In this document: one piece after another, positions 56,172-64,000 of the stretch
Position numbering within the stretch: the stretch's first letter is position 1
Layout of the letters: the number at the start of each line of letters is the position of its first letter
Assembly (NCBI GenBank): GCA_014860395.1
Contig: JACZJU010000048.1
Coordinates: 1,649 to 65,648 of the forward strand
DNA from: Burkholderiales bacterium
Lineage (GTDB): Bacteria; Pseudomonadota; Gammaproteobacteria; Burkholderiales; SG8-39
DNA length: 64,000 nt
Reading direction: 5' to 3'
Position numbers and translations under genes: made by a program
Notes under the pieces: generated by a model
Seen by the model: only the letters and a program-made list of their open reading frames with translations
Told to the model about the DNA's origin: nothing
Database searches by the model: none

Positions 56172-58283
56172 TCAGCCGCGCGAGAACGCGGAGAAATCCT
56201 CAGCCGCAACCGGACTGCCGGCGAGATAGCCCTGGAATTCGTCGCAGCCGTGCTCGCGCAGGAATTCAAGCTGTTCCTGCCGTTCCACGCCTTCGGCCAG
56301 CGGCGTCAGCTTGAGCGTTTTCGCGAGATTGATAATGGCGACGGCGATGGCGCGCTCATCGGCATCGGTGCCCAGATCGTCGATGAATGACCGGTCGATC
56401 TTGAGTTTGTCGATCGGATAGCGTTTCAGGTAGCCTAGCGACGAATAGCCCGTGCCGAAATCGTCGATGGTGATCCTGACGCCGAGCGCGCGCAGCCCGG
56501 CGAGCGCATTGCCGACGATATCCTTGTCCATCAACAGGCTCTCGGTGAGTTCGAGATCTAGGTAGCGGCCTTCGAGCCCGGTATCGTCCAGCACCCGTTT
56601 CACCGCGGCCACCAGATCGCCGCGGCGGAACTGGACCGCGGACACGTTTACGGAAATTGGCAGCGCGGCATGGCCCGCGTCCTGCCACGCCTTGTTCTGG
56701 CGGCAGGCTTCGCGCAGGACATACTGGCCAATCTCGTCGATGAGACCGCGCGTCTCGGCGAATTCGATGAATTCGGATGGATCGATCAGGCCGCGCTCGG
56801 GATGGCGCCAGCGCACCAGTGCCTCGATGCCGGCCAGGCGCAGGTCGCTGACGCGCAGTTGCGGCTGATAAAAAACCACGAATTCCCCGCGCTGTACCGC
56901 CTGGCGCAGCCGCGACTCCCGCGCCAGGGTCGCGGCGCCCTCGTCCGAAAGCCCAGCGGTGTAGAAGCGGCTGTGGCCGCGGCCGTGATCCTTGGCGCTG
57001 TACATCGCCGCGTCGGCATTGCGGATCAGATCGTCCGCATTGTCGCCGTCGCGCGGGAACACGCTGATGCCGATGCTGGCGTTGGCGCAAAGCTCGCGGC
57101 CTTCGAGTTCGATCGGGGCGGAGATGACCTGCAGCAGCTTTTCCGCGACTTTGGCCGCATCCTCGGACGCGGCGAAATCGGCGAGGATCACCAGAAACTC
57201 ATCGCCGCCGAGGCGCGACACCATGTCCGCCTCGCGCAGCACCTCCTTGATGCGCCCGGCCACCTGCTTGAGCAGTACGTCGCCCACGTGATGGCCGAGC
57301 GAATCGTTGACGGTCTTGAAATTATCCAGGTCGATGAACATGATCGCCACCAGCGTGCCATGGCGGCGCGCCAGCGCGAGTATCGTGGTCAGGCGCTCGG
57401 TCAGGTAGGCGCGGTTGGGCAGGCCGGTGAGCATGTCATGGTGGGCCAGGTACTGGATGCGCGCCTCGGCGTGCCGGCGCGCGGTGATGTCGCGCAGCGC
57501 GCCCAGCCGGTGCGCCTCGCCCCGCAGGACTATCGTCTTGCCCACCAATTCCACTGCGATCCTGTGGCCGTTCTTGTGCACCACCTCGGCCTCGAATGTA
57601 TCCTCGCGCCCCTCGCGCATGTAATCGCTCATCGTCTGGTGCCACTCGCCCGGGACGAACTCCCACAGCGCGTGCCCTATTACCTCCTCGCGCTTGTAGC
57701 CGCCGATCGCGAGCAGCGCGTCGTTGACGTCGGTGAGGATGCCGTCCTTGTGGAAGAAAATGCCTTCGTTGGTGGCAGCGGCGAACTTGCGCATGCGCTC
57801 TTCGCTGTCGCGGATCTCCTGCTCGGCGCGATGGTGCCGGGTGATGTCGGTGATCAGGACGAACGCGCCCAGCATCTGCGAGCGCTCGTCGAAATGCGGA
57901 ATCAGGTGGACCTCGACGATGCGCTGCTCGCCGTTGGGAAGCATCAGCGGACGGGTGTACTCGACCTTCTCCCCCTTCAACACGCGCTCGACCTGCGGCT
58001 CGATGATGTGCCAGGCCTCTTCGCCGATGGCTTCGCGCACGGTCTTGCCGATGATGGAATCCACAGTCCACCCGTTCGCTTCGGCATACGCTTTGTTGGC
58101 GAACACGCAACGCAGGGTCTGGGGCTCGTAATACGCGATCAGCGCCGGCACGCTGTCGGCGACCAGTCGCAGCAGGGTGTCCTCGCCGTACCTTCCGGCA
58201 TCGTCCGGCGCAACCGCGCTCATGGCGCCAAGCGCAGGGTCCGTTTCGGTGTCGCCGAAATGGACCCTGATTTTGGGGAGCAT
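56172..58283 (-). CDS. PAS-PAS-GGDEF-EAL c-di-GMP turnover protein
   Basis: Two PAS/PAC domains; GGDEF, EALVRW and DDFGTGYSS motifs intact. Confidence 0.95.
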   Translation of the reverse strand: MLPKIRVHFGDTETDPALGAMSAVAPDDAGRYGEDTLLRLVADSVPALIAYYEPQTLRCVFANKAYAEANGWTVDSIIGKTVREAIGEEAWHIIEPQVERVLKGEKVEYTRPLMLPNGEQRIVEVHLIPHFDERSQMLGAFVLITDITRHHRAEQEIRDSEERMRKFAAATNEGIFFHKDGILTDVNDALLAIGGYKREEVIGHALWEFVPGEWHQTMSDYMREGREDTFEAEVVHKNGHRIAVELVGKTIVLRGEAHRLGALRDITARRHAEARIQYLAHHDMLTGLPNRAYLTERLTTILALARRHGTLVAIMFIDLDNFKTVNDSLGHHVGDVLLKQVAGRIKEVLREADMVSRLGGDEFLVILADFAASEDAAKVAEKLLQVISAPIELEGRELCANASIGISVFPRDGDNADDLIRNADAAMYSAKDHGRGHSRFYTAGLSDEGAATLARESRLRQAVQRGEFVVFYQPQLRVSDLRLAGIEALVRWRHPERGLIDPSEFIEFAETRGLIDEIGQYVLREACRQNKAWQDAGHAALPISVNVSAVQFRRGDLVAAVKRVLDDTGLEGRYLDLELTESLLMDKDIVGNALAGLRALGVRITIDDFGTGYSSLGYLKRYPIDKLKIDRSFIDDLGTDADERAIAVAIINLAKTLKLTPLAEGVERQEQLEFLREHGCDEFQGYLAGSPVAAEDFSAFSRG

Positions 58284-58317
58284 GAGGGGAGAGGTCCCCG
58301 CATCTTGAAATTAACGC

Positions 58318-59094
58318 TCACAGCCAGGGTTTCAACCAGCCCAGCCCGGCACTGGTGCCGGCTTTGGGCCGGTACTCGCAGCCGACCCAGCCGGCATAGC
58401 CCAACTCATCCATCAGCCGGAACAGGTAAGGATAGTTGATCTCGCCCAGGTCGGGCTCATGGCGTTCGGGCACGCCCGCGATCTGGATATGGCCGACGCC
58501 GGCGATGTACTTGCGAAGCTTCACCGCGAGATCGCCCTCTACGATCTGGCAGTGATAGAAATCCATCTGCACCTTGAGATTGGGTGCGCCGACTTCGGCG
58601 CAGACGGCGTGCGCTTCGTCCTGACGGTTGAGGAAGAAACCCGGAATATCGCGCGTGTTGATCGGCTCGATCACGACGGTGACGCCGGCCGAGGCGGCCT
58701 CCTTCGCCGCAAAGGCCAGGTTGTGCACGTACGTCTCACGGTGGCGCGCACGGTCCTCGCCCGGGCGGATCAGGCCGGCCATCATGTGCACGCGCTCGTT
58801 GCCGAGCACGCGCGCATACTCAAGCGCAGTCTCAACACTTTTCTTGAACTCGCCTTCGCGCCCGGGCAGCGACGCGAGACCGCGCTCGCCCGCATCCCAG
58901 TTGCCCGGTGGCCCGTTGAACAGCGCCTGCGTGAGGCCGCTCCCGGTAAGGCGCGCGCGGAGGTCCGCCGCCGGGTAAGCATAGGGAAACAGGAATTCGA
59001 CCCCCTTGAAGCCGTCCTTCGCGGCGGCGCCGAAGCGATCGAGGAAATCGTGCTCCTGGTACATCATCGACAGGTTGGCGGCGAATCTTGGCAT
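58318..59094 (-). CDS. otnI: 2-oxo-tetronate isomerase (Hyi family)
   Basis: FAANLS, EPIN, DFYHCQ and RHEPD motifs; in the otn cluster. Confidence 0.85.
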   Translation of the reverse strand: MPRFAANLSMMYQEHDFLDRFGAAAKDGFKGVEFLFPYAYPAADLRARLTGSGLTQALFNGPPGNWDAGERGLASLPGREGEFKKSVETALEYARVLGNERVHMMAGLIRPGEDRARHRETYVHNLAFAAKEAASAGVTVVIEPINTRDIPGFFLNRQDEAHAVCAEVGAPNLKVQMDFYHCQIVEGDLAVKLRKYIAGVGHIQIAGVPERHEPDLGEINYPYLFRLMDELGYAGWVGCEYRPKAGTSAGLGWLKPWL

Positions 59095-59128
59095 GGTATG
59101 GTTCCCGATAGTCTGGCTGGCAATCGTT

Positions 59129-59764
59129 TCAGCCGGCAGGATAGCGGCGGCGGATGTCGGCGACCTGTTCCGGCGTGAGCGGACGCGGGCGCTGCCCCTG
59201 CAGCAACAAGTACAGGCGCGCCGTGGCCTCGAGCTCCTCCACCGCATCGGCGGCGGCCGCGAGGCTGGTGCCCGCGACCACGGGGCCGTGGTTGGCGAGC
59301 AGCATCGCATGGTGCTTTCCGGCGAAACCACGCACCGCCTGCGCCAGCTGCATATCGCCCGGCGCGAAATACGGCACCAGCGGCAGGCTGCCTATACGCA
59401 TCAGGTAATAGGCGGTAAGCGGCGGCAGCACGTCGGCCGGGTCAACGTCCTGCAACACCGACACCGCTACCGAATGGGTGGAATGCAGGTGGACAACCGC
59501 CTGGTTGCGCGCGCGCTCCTGGTACATCGCTAGGTGCAGAAAGTTTTCTTTTGAGGGCTGCTCGCCCGAGACCAGTTTTCCCTGCCAGTCGAGTTTCGAC
59601 AGGCGCGCCGGATCGAGCTTGCCCAGGCTGGATCCGGTGGGCGTGAGCAGCCAGCCGCCCTCGCAGCGCGCGCTGATGTTGCCGGTGCTGCCGTGCGTGA
59701 GGCCGCGCTCGAAAATGGAGCGGCCGAGTTCACAGATCTGTTCGCGTAGCGCGCTTTCGTTCAT
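59129..59764 (-). CDS. otnC: 3-oxo-tetronate 4-phosphate decarboxylase (class II aldolase family)
   Basis: [15 protein letters not shown] and LANHGP motifs; in the otn cluster. Confidence 0.85.
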   Translation of the reverse strand: MNESALREQICELGRSIFERGLTHGSTGNISARCEGGWLLTPTGSSLGKLDPARLSKLDWQGKLVSGEQPSKENFLHLAMYQERARNQAVVHLHSTHSVAVSVLQDVDPADVLPPLTAYYLMRIGSLPLVPYFAPGDMQLAQAVRGFAGKHHAMLLANHGPVVAGTSLAAAADAVEELEATARLYLLLQGQRPRPLTPEQVADIRRRYPAG

Positions 59765-59814
59765 ACCAACTCCAGATACTGCGAATTGATACTGCCGCAT
59801 GCCAAGAGAAACCT

Positions 59815-60000
59815 TTGCGCGCTGCGCGCGCCAACCGTGTTTTTGGTACGGATAGAAACCATCCGTACCAAAAACACGGTTATGGATAAAAACGAAGGCG
59901 GCTTGGGGTGATTTTTATCCAAGATCGTTGATTGTGTGTGGACGTGCTTTTCATCCGCACACAATCGACGATCCGCGCGGACGCGGCGCCGTCCGCGCAA
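59815..60000 (-). repeat. ~185-bp four-hairpin dispersed repeat, copy 4 (inverted)
   Basis: Reverse complement aligns with copy 1; sits between otnK and otnC. Confidence 0.9.
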
Positions 60001-60074
60001 GTGCCAACGATCCTTCGCCGCCACATCGCAACGTCGCAATAACGGGAGACATCGATTTAAGTCGCCAAGCATCA

Positions 60075-61340
60075 TCATGCATCAAGCTGCGCAAGGGACT
60101 TCGCAAAGAAATCGCGGCTGCCGAAGTTGCCCGACTTGAGCGCGAGCAGGATAGGATGCGCCCCCTGCGTCGCCGTCCAGGGCACGCCGGGATCGATCTG
60201 CGGCCCGATCTTCAAGGCGACGATATCGAGCGCCTGCACCACCGCGCCCGCGGTCTCGCCGCCCGCCACCACCAGTCGCGTGACGCCGCGCTCTATCAGG
60301 CCCCGCGCAATGCGCGCAAGCGCCTCTTCGACCATGGCGCCGGCCTCGGCCACGCCCAGCTTGGCCTGCACGGATTTCACGTCTTCCGGTGCGGCCGTGG
60401 CGTAGAACAGCACCGGGCCCGATGCGAGCACGGATGCGGCCTGCTGCAGCGCACTTGCGGCGACGTCGTTGCCGCGGGCGATTTCGAACGGGTCGATGCG
60501 GATCGCCGGGCGGCCGGACTCGACCCAGTGCGCGACCTGGCCATTGGTGGCCTGGGAGCACGAGCCCGAGATCACCGCGGCGAGCCCCGGCACTTGCGGC
60601 AATGCGGCCGCGTCCGCTCGCTGCGGCAACAGGCCGGCGCTGCGGAAGTTCTGCGGCAGACCGATGGCGACGCCGGAGCCGGCGGTAATCAGCGGATGCT
60701 CGGCGCAGGCAGCGGCGATCGCATGCAGGTCGGCATCGGTAATCGCATCGACCACGGCAAGGCGCACGCCCTCGGCGGCCAGCGCAGCGAAGCGCGCGCG
60801 TATCGCCGCCTCGCCTGCGGCCACGGCGGACCAGGCCACGAGGCCGACCTTGCTGCGCGACTGCGCCTGCAGCACACGCACCAGGTTGGCGTCGGTCATC
60901 GGCGTGAGCGGATGATGGCGCATGCCGGACTCCGACAGCGGCACCTCGCCCACGAACAGGTTGCCCAGGTAGATGGTGCGCGCATTGGTCGGGAATGCTG
61001 GACAGGCTATGGCGATTTTTGCGTCCAGCGCATCCATCAGCGCTTCCGCCACCGGCCCGATATTGCCCTGCGGCGTCGAGTCGAACGTCGAACAGTATTT
61101 GAAATAGAACTGGCGGCAGCCTGAGCGTTTGAGCCATTCGAGCGCGGCGAGCGACTGCGCCACCGCTTCGTTCGCGGCGATGGTGCGCGACTTCAGCGCG
61201 ACCACCACGGCATCGAACTCCCCGTCCAGCGGCGCCGCAGGCACGCCTATGGTCTGCAGCGTGCGCATGCCGCTGCGCACCAGGTTGTTGGCGAGGTCGG
61301 TGGCGCCGGTGAAATCGTCGGCGATGCAGCCTAGCAGCAT
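60075..61340 (-). CDS. otnK: 3-oxo-tetronate kinase (DUF1537 family)
   Basis: IADDFTGATD, KYCSTFDST and LKSGNFG motifs. Confidence 0.9.
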   Translation of the reverse strand: MLLGCIADDFTGATDLANNLVRSGMRTLQTIGVPAAPLDGEFDAVVVALKSRTIAANEAVAQSLAALEWLKRSGCRQFYFKYCSTFDSTPQGNIGPVAEALMDALDAKIAIACPAFPTNARTIYLGNLFVGEVPLSESGMRHHPLTPMTDANLVRVLQAQSRSKVGLVAWSAVAAGEAAIRARFAALAAEGVRLAVVDAITDADLHAIAAACAEHPLITAGSGVAIGLPQNFRSAGLLPQRADAAALPQVPGLAAVISGSCSQATNGQVAHWVESGRPAIRIDPFEIARGNDVAASALQQAASVLASGPVLFYATAAPEDVKSVQAKLGVAEAGAMVEEALARIARGLIERGVTRLVVAGGETAGAVVQALDIVALKIGPQIDPGVPWTATQGAHPILLALKSGNFGSRDFFAKSLAQLDA

Positions 61341-61343
61341 GGT

Positions 61344-62237
61344 TCAGGCTTTCTTGGTTGGCAATTGGATGCCTGGATAGTTCTTGATCACCGCGGAATC
61401 GTCCTCGCCGCCGCGCCCAGCGGCTGCGGCAGCGAGAAATACCTGGTGCGCAGTCGCAGTGAGCGGCAGCGGAAATGTCGACTTCTTCGCCGTGTCCAGA
61501 ACGATGCCCAGGTCCTTGACGAAGATATTCACCGCCGACAGCGGCGTGTAATCCCCGGCCAGGATGTGTGGCACCCGATTCTGGAACATCCACGACGAGC
61601 CGGCGCTGTTCGATATCACTTCATACAGCACCGCCGGGTCGGCGCCTGCGCGTATGCCCATGGCCATGGCTTCGGCCGCTGCGGCGATGTGCACGCCGGC
61701 CAGCAGCTGGTTGATCATCTTCACCTTGGAGCCGGCGCCGGGCGCATCGCCCAGCCGATACACTTTCTGCGCGATCGCGTTGAACACGTCCTCGACCTTG
61801 GCGAAATTTTCCGGCGCGCCCGCGCCCATGACGGTCATCTGCCCGCTGGCCGCCTTGGCCGCCCCCCCGGATACGGGCGCATCGATCATGCCCAGTCCCA
61901 TCACCGCGAGCCGGGCCGCGAGCGATTCGGCAAACTCGGGGGCGACTGTGGCGCTGGCAATCACCACCGATCCGGCGCGCATCGCGCCGGCTGCGCCTTG
62001 CTCGCCCAGCAGGACCGCCTCGGTCTGCTGCGCGTTTACCACCAGCGTCAACACCACCTCGCAAGCCGCGCCCAGTTCCGAAGGCGTGGCGCAGGCGATG
62101 CCGCCTTCCGCGGCAAAGGCGTCGAGCACCTCGCGCCGCACATCGCAGGCGTGGGTGCGAAAACCCGCGCGCAACAGCGACCGGGCGACGCCCAAACCCA
62201 TCGCACCCAGGCCGATGACTCCGACATTCTTGGTCAT
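61344..62237 (-). CDS. ltnD: L-threonate dehydrogenase
   Basis: GLGAMG, DAPVSGG, KMINQLLAGVH and SAVNIFVKD motifs; in the otn cluster. Confidence 0.88.
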   Translation of the reverse strand: MTKNVGVIGLGAMGLGVARSLLRAGFRTHACDVRREVLDAFAAEGGIACATPSELGAACEVVLTLVVNAQQTEAVLLGEQGAAGAMRAGSVVIASATVAPEFAESLAARLAVMGLGMIDAPVSGGAAKAASGQMTVMGAGAPENFAKVEDVFNAIAQKVYRLGDAPGAGSKVKMINQLLAGVHIAAAAEAMAMGIRAGADPAVLYEVISNSAGSSWMFQNRVPHILAGDYTPLSAVNIFVKDLGIVLDTAKKSTFPLPLTATAHQVFLAAAAAGRGGEDDSAVIKNYPGIQLPTKKA

Positions 62238-62309
62238 GCTGTTTCCTTCCATTCTATGACCTGGCGATCTGATCTGTATTGCGCGCTCTACCTCCGCGGG
62301 CTTGTGCTG

Positions 62310-62491
62310 TTGCGCGGACGAGAAACTGTCCGCGCGGATCGTCAATTGCGCGCGGATGAAAAGCACATCCGCGCGCAATTGACGATCTGGTATAACCCCA
62401 ATCCGTTCTTGCCTTTAACAATAACCGTGATTTCCGGGGGGATGCGCTTTTCATCCGCCCCGAAATCACGGTTGGCGCGCGCAGCGCGCAA
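62310..62491 (+). repeat. ~185-bp four-hairpin dispersed repeat, copy 5
   Basis: Aligns with copy 1; covarying stems. Confidence 0.9.
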
Positions 62492-62531
62492 GTCCTCTCT
62501 TGGCATTTCAGACGCTGTAAGCTGCCCGACT

Positions 62532-63821
62532 TCACTTAGTCAGCCTCGAATTGGCCAGGTCGAGCCGGTCCACGAGGTTACGCACCAGGGCGCGGGTGAG
62601 CTGCAACTGCGCACCCAGGCTCATCAGAGCCAGGGCCGCAGGCTCGAATTCGGCGAGCAGGATCCCGGTCATGGTCTCCACCGTCGCGTGCCGCGGCATT
62701 TCGCCGCCGCGGATGTAGGCCATCTCGCCGAAACACTCCCCTTCGCTGATGGTGTTGAGCAAGTGTCCGCCCAGCGTGACCTTGACCTGCCCCTGCGCCA
62801 GAAAGAAAAAGCTCTTTCCCGGCTCGTTCTCGCGCACGATGGCCTGTTTCGCCGCGACGCGCGTCCAGCGTCCCGCATGCGTCAGCTCCCACAACTCCGC
62901 GTCGGAGAGGCCAGCGAGCATGTCCACGCGCTTCAACGCAACGTATTTTTCGCTGTCGATGATGGCATCGGGCGGCAGCACGAGTTTGCATACGTTGGAG
63001 AGCTCGAGCGAGAAATCGGCCCAGGCCGCGTGACGGAACTCCGGCTTCTTCGCCAGCGCGCGCAACACGACGCGGTCGATTTCCTTCGGCAAAGTAGGCC
63101 GCAGGCTGCTCGGCGGTGCGGGCGCCTGATGCAGAATTCTGTCCACCAGCAGTTCCAGGCTGTCGGCGGTAAACGGCCTTTGTCCCGTCAGCAGCTCGTA
63201 CAGCACCACGCCGAGGCAATACATGTCGCTGTGGTGCGTGAGCGGCGCCTCCTCCAGCTGCTCCGGCGACATGTAGTAAGGCGAGCCTATGCTGGCTGTC
63301 TGCACCGAATGCACCTTGCGCAGGAAGGCGGCGCCGAAATCGGCGATCTTCACCTCGGTACCCTGCGCGATCATGATGTTCGCCGGCTTGATGTCGCGGT
63401 GGACGATACCCTCGTTGAACGCGTAAGCGAGCGCGCCGCAGCACTTGAAGCCGATCTGCAGCACGTCGGCGACGGGCAGCAGCGAGTCGGCGCTGACGTG
63501 CTGCGACAGGTCGCCGCCGCTTACCACTTCCATCGCGATGTGGCCGGAGTCCTCGAGCACGACCGCGTCGAGGATCCCCACGATATGCGGGTGCTTCAGC
63601 TTGCCCGCGAGCGAGGCTTCGTTCAGGAACTGCGAGCGGTAAACGGTGCCGAACTCCGGATCCCGGAACACCTCGGGCTCGATCACCTTCAGTGCGACCT
63701 CGTTGCCCGAGAACGTGTCCACGGCGAGATAGACCGTCCCCGTTGCCCCTTTGCCAAGCTGCCTGCGGATGTCGTACTTGCCGATCTGCAGGCTCAGATC
63801 CATTTCGAAGGGTTGTTCCAT
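62532..63821 (-). CDS. Hanks-type Ser/Thr kinase with C-terminal cyclic-nucleotide-binding domain
   Basis: LGKGATG, VALK, HRDIKPAN, DFG; then GECFGEMAY..PRHATV. Confidence 0.9.
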   Translation of the reverse strand: MEQPFEMDLSLQIGKYDIRRQLGKGATGTVYLAVDTFSGNEVALKVIEPEVFRDPEFGTVYRSQFLNEASLAGKLKHPHIVGILDAVVLEDSGHIAMEVVSGGDLSQHVSADSLLPVADVLQIGFKCCGALAYAFNEGIVHRDIKPANIMIAQGTEVKIADFGAAFLRKVHSVQTASIGSPYYMSPEQLEEAPLTHHSDMYCLGVVLYELLTGQRPFTADSLELLVDRILHQAPAPPSSLRPTLPKEIDRVVLRALAKKPEFRHAAWADFSLELSNVCKLVLPPDAIIDSEKYVALKRVDMLAGLSDAELWELTHAGRWTRVAAKQAIVRENEPGKSFFFLAQGQVKVTLGGHLLNTISEGECFGEMAYIRGGEMPRHATVETMTGILLAEFEPAALALMSLGAQLQLTRALVRNLVDRLDLANSRLTK

Positions 63822-64000
63822 CAGGCGATCGCTCCTTCGCGGCCACGACGATTCCCAGCACCGCGTGGGTCCGGATCGCAATGGTCATTGACCGACGCAA
63901 TACGCGGCTTTGCGGCTAGTAGAAAAGGCGCAGAGGTGTACCACATGATGCCATTCTAACCTTAGGCATCCCTCTTAGGGTATGAGCACGTTTGCGCGCC

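Noticed and set aside
61365-63959. Long 864-aa + strand ORF, and similar ORFs at 44941-46947 and 56670-58439
   Set aside because: Antisense shadows of well-supported minus-strand genes in GC-rich DNA; no recognisable motifs.
63961-64000. CTTAGGGTATGAG resembling the family-2 repeat block
   Set aside because: Too short and at the window edge; cannot be supported.

Overview
GC-rich betaproteobacterial chromosome segment (inferred from gene order). About 1-33 kb is conserved housekeeping synteny: grpE(3')-dnaK-dnaJ, cysS, ppiA/ppiB/lpxH, metZ with a SAM-II riboswitch, purF-cvpA-dedD-folC-accD-trpA-[orphan DNA MTase]-trpB-trpF-truA-fimV-asd-leuBD-ecn-leuC, and aroC. About 35.8-51.4 kb is an anaerobic extracellular-electron-transfer island. 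It holds mtrB, mtrA, three divergent MtrC/OmcA-type decaheme lipoproteins (one with an atypical 1+5+4 heme layout), a ComEA-like HhH gene, a hemerythrin plus a duplicated half-gene flanking an MNT/HEPN toxin-antitoxin pair, and rhodoquinone-biosynthesis rquA. Four FNR-type boxes lie across the island. The remainder encodes metabolic and signalling genes (ltnD-otnK-otnC-otnI, PAS-GGDEF-EAL, Ser/Thr kinase-cNMP). Non-coding highlights: five dispersed copies of a ~185-bp four-hairpin element whose long stems covary between copies, a second MITE-like repeat family, and a candidate structured sRNA near 29.7 kb. All calls come from reading the sequence; no searches were run.
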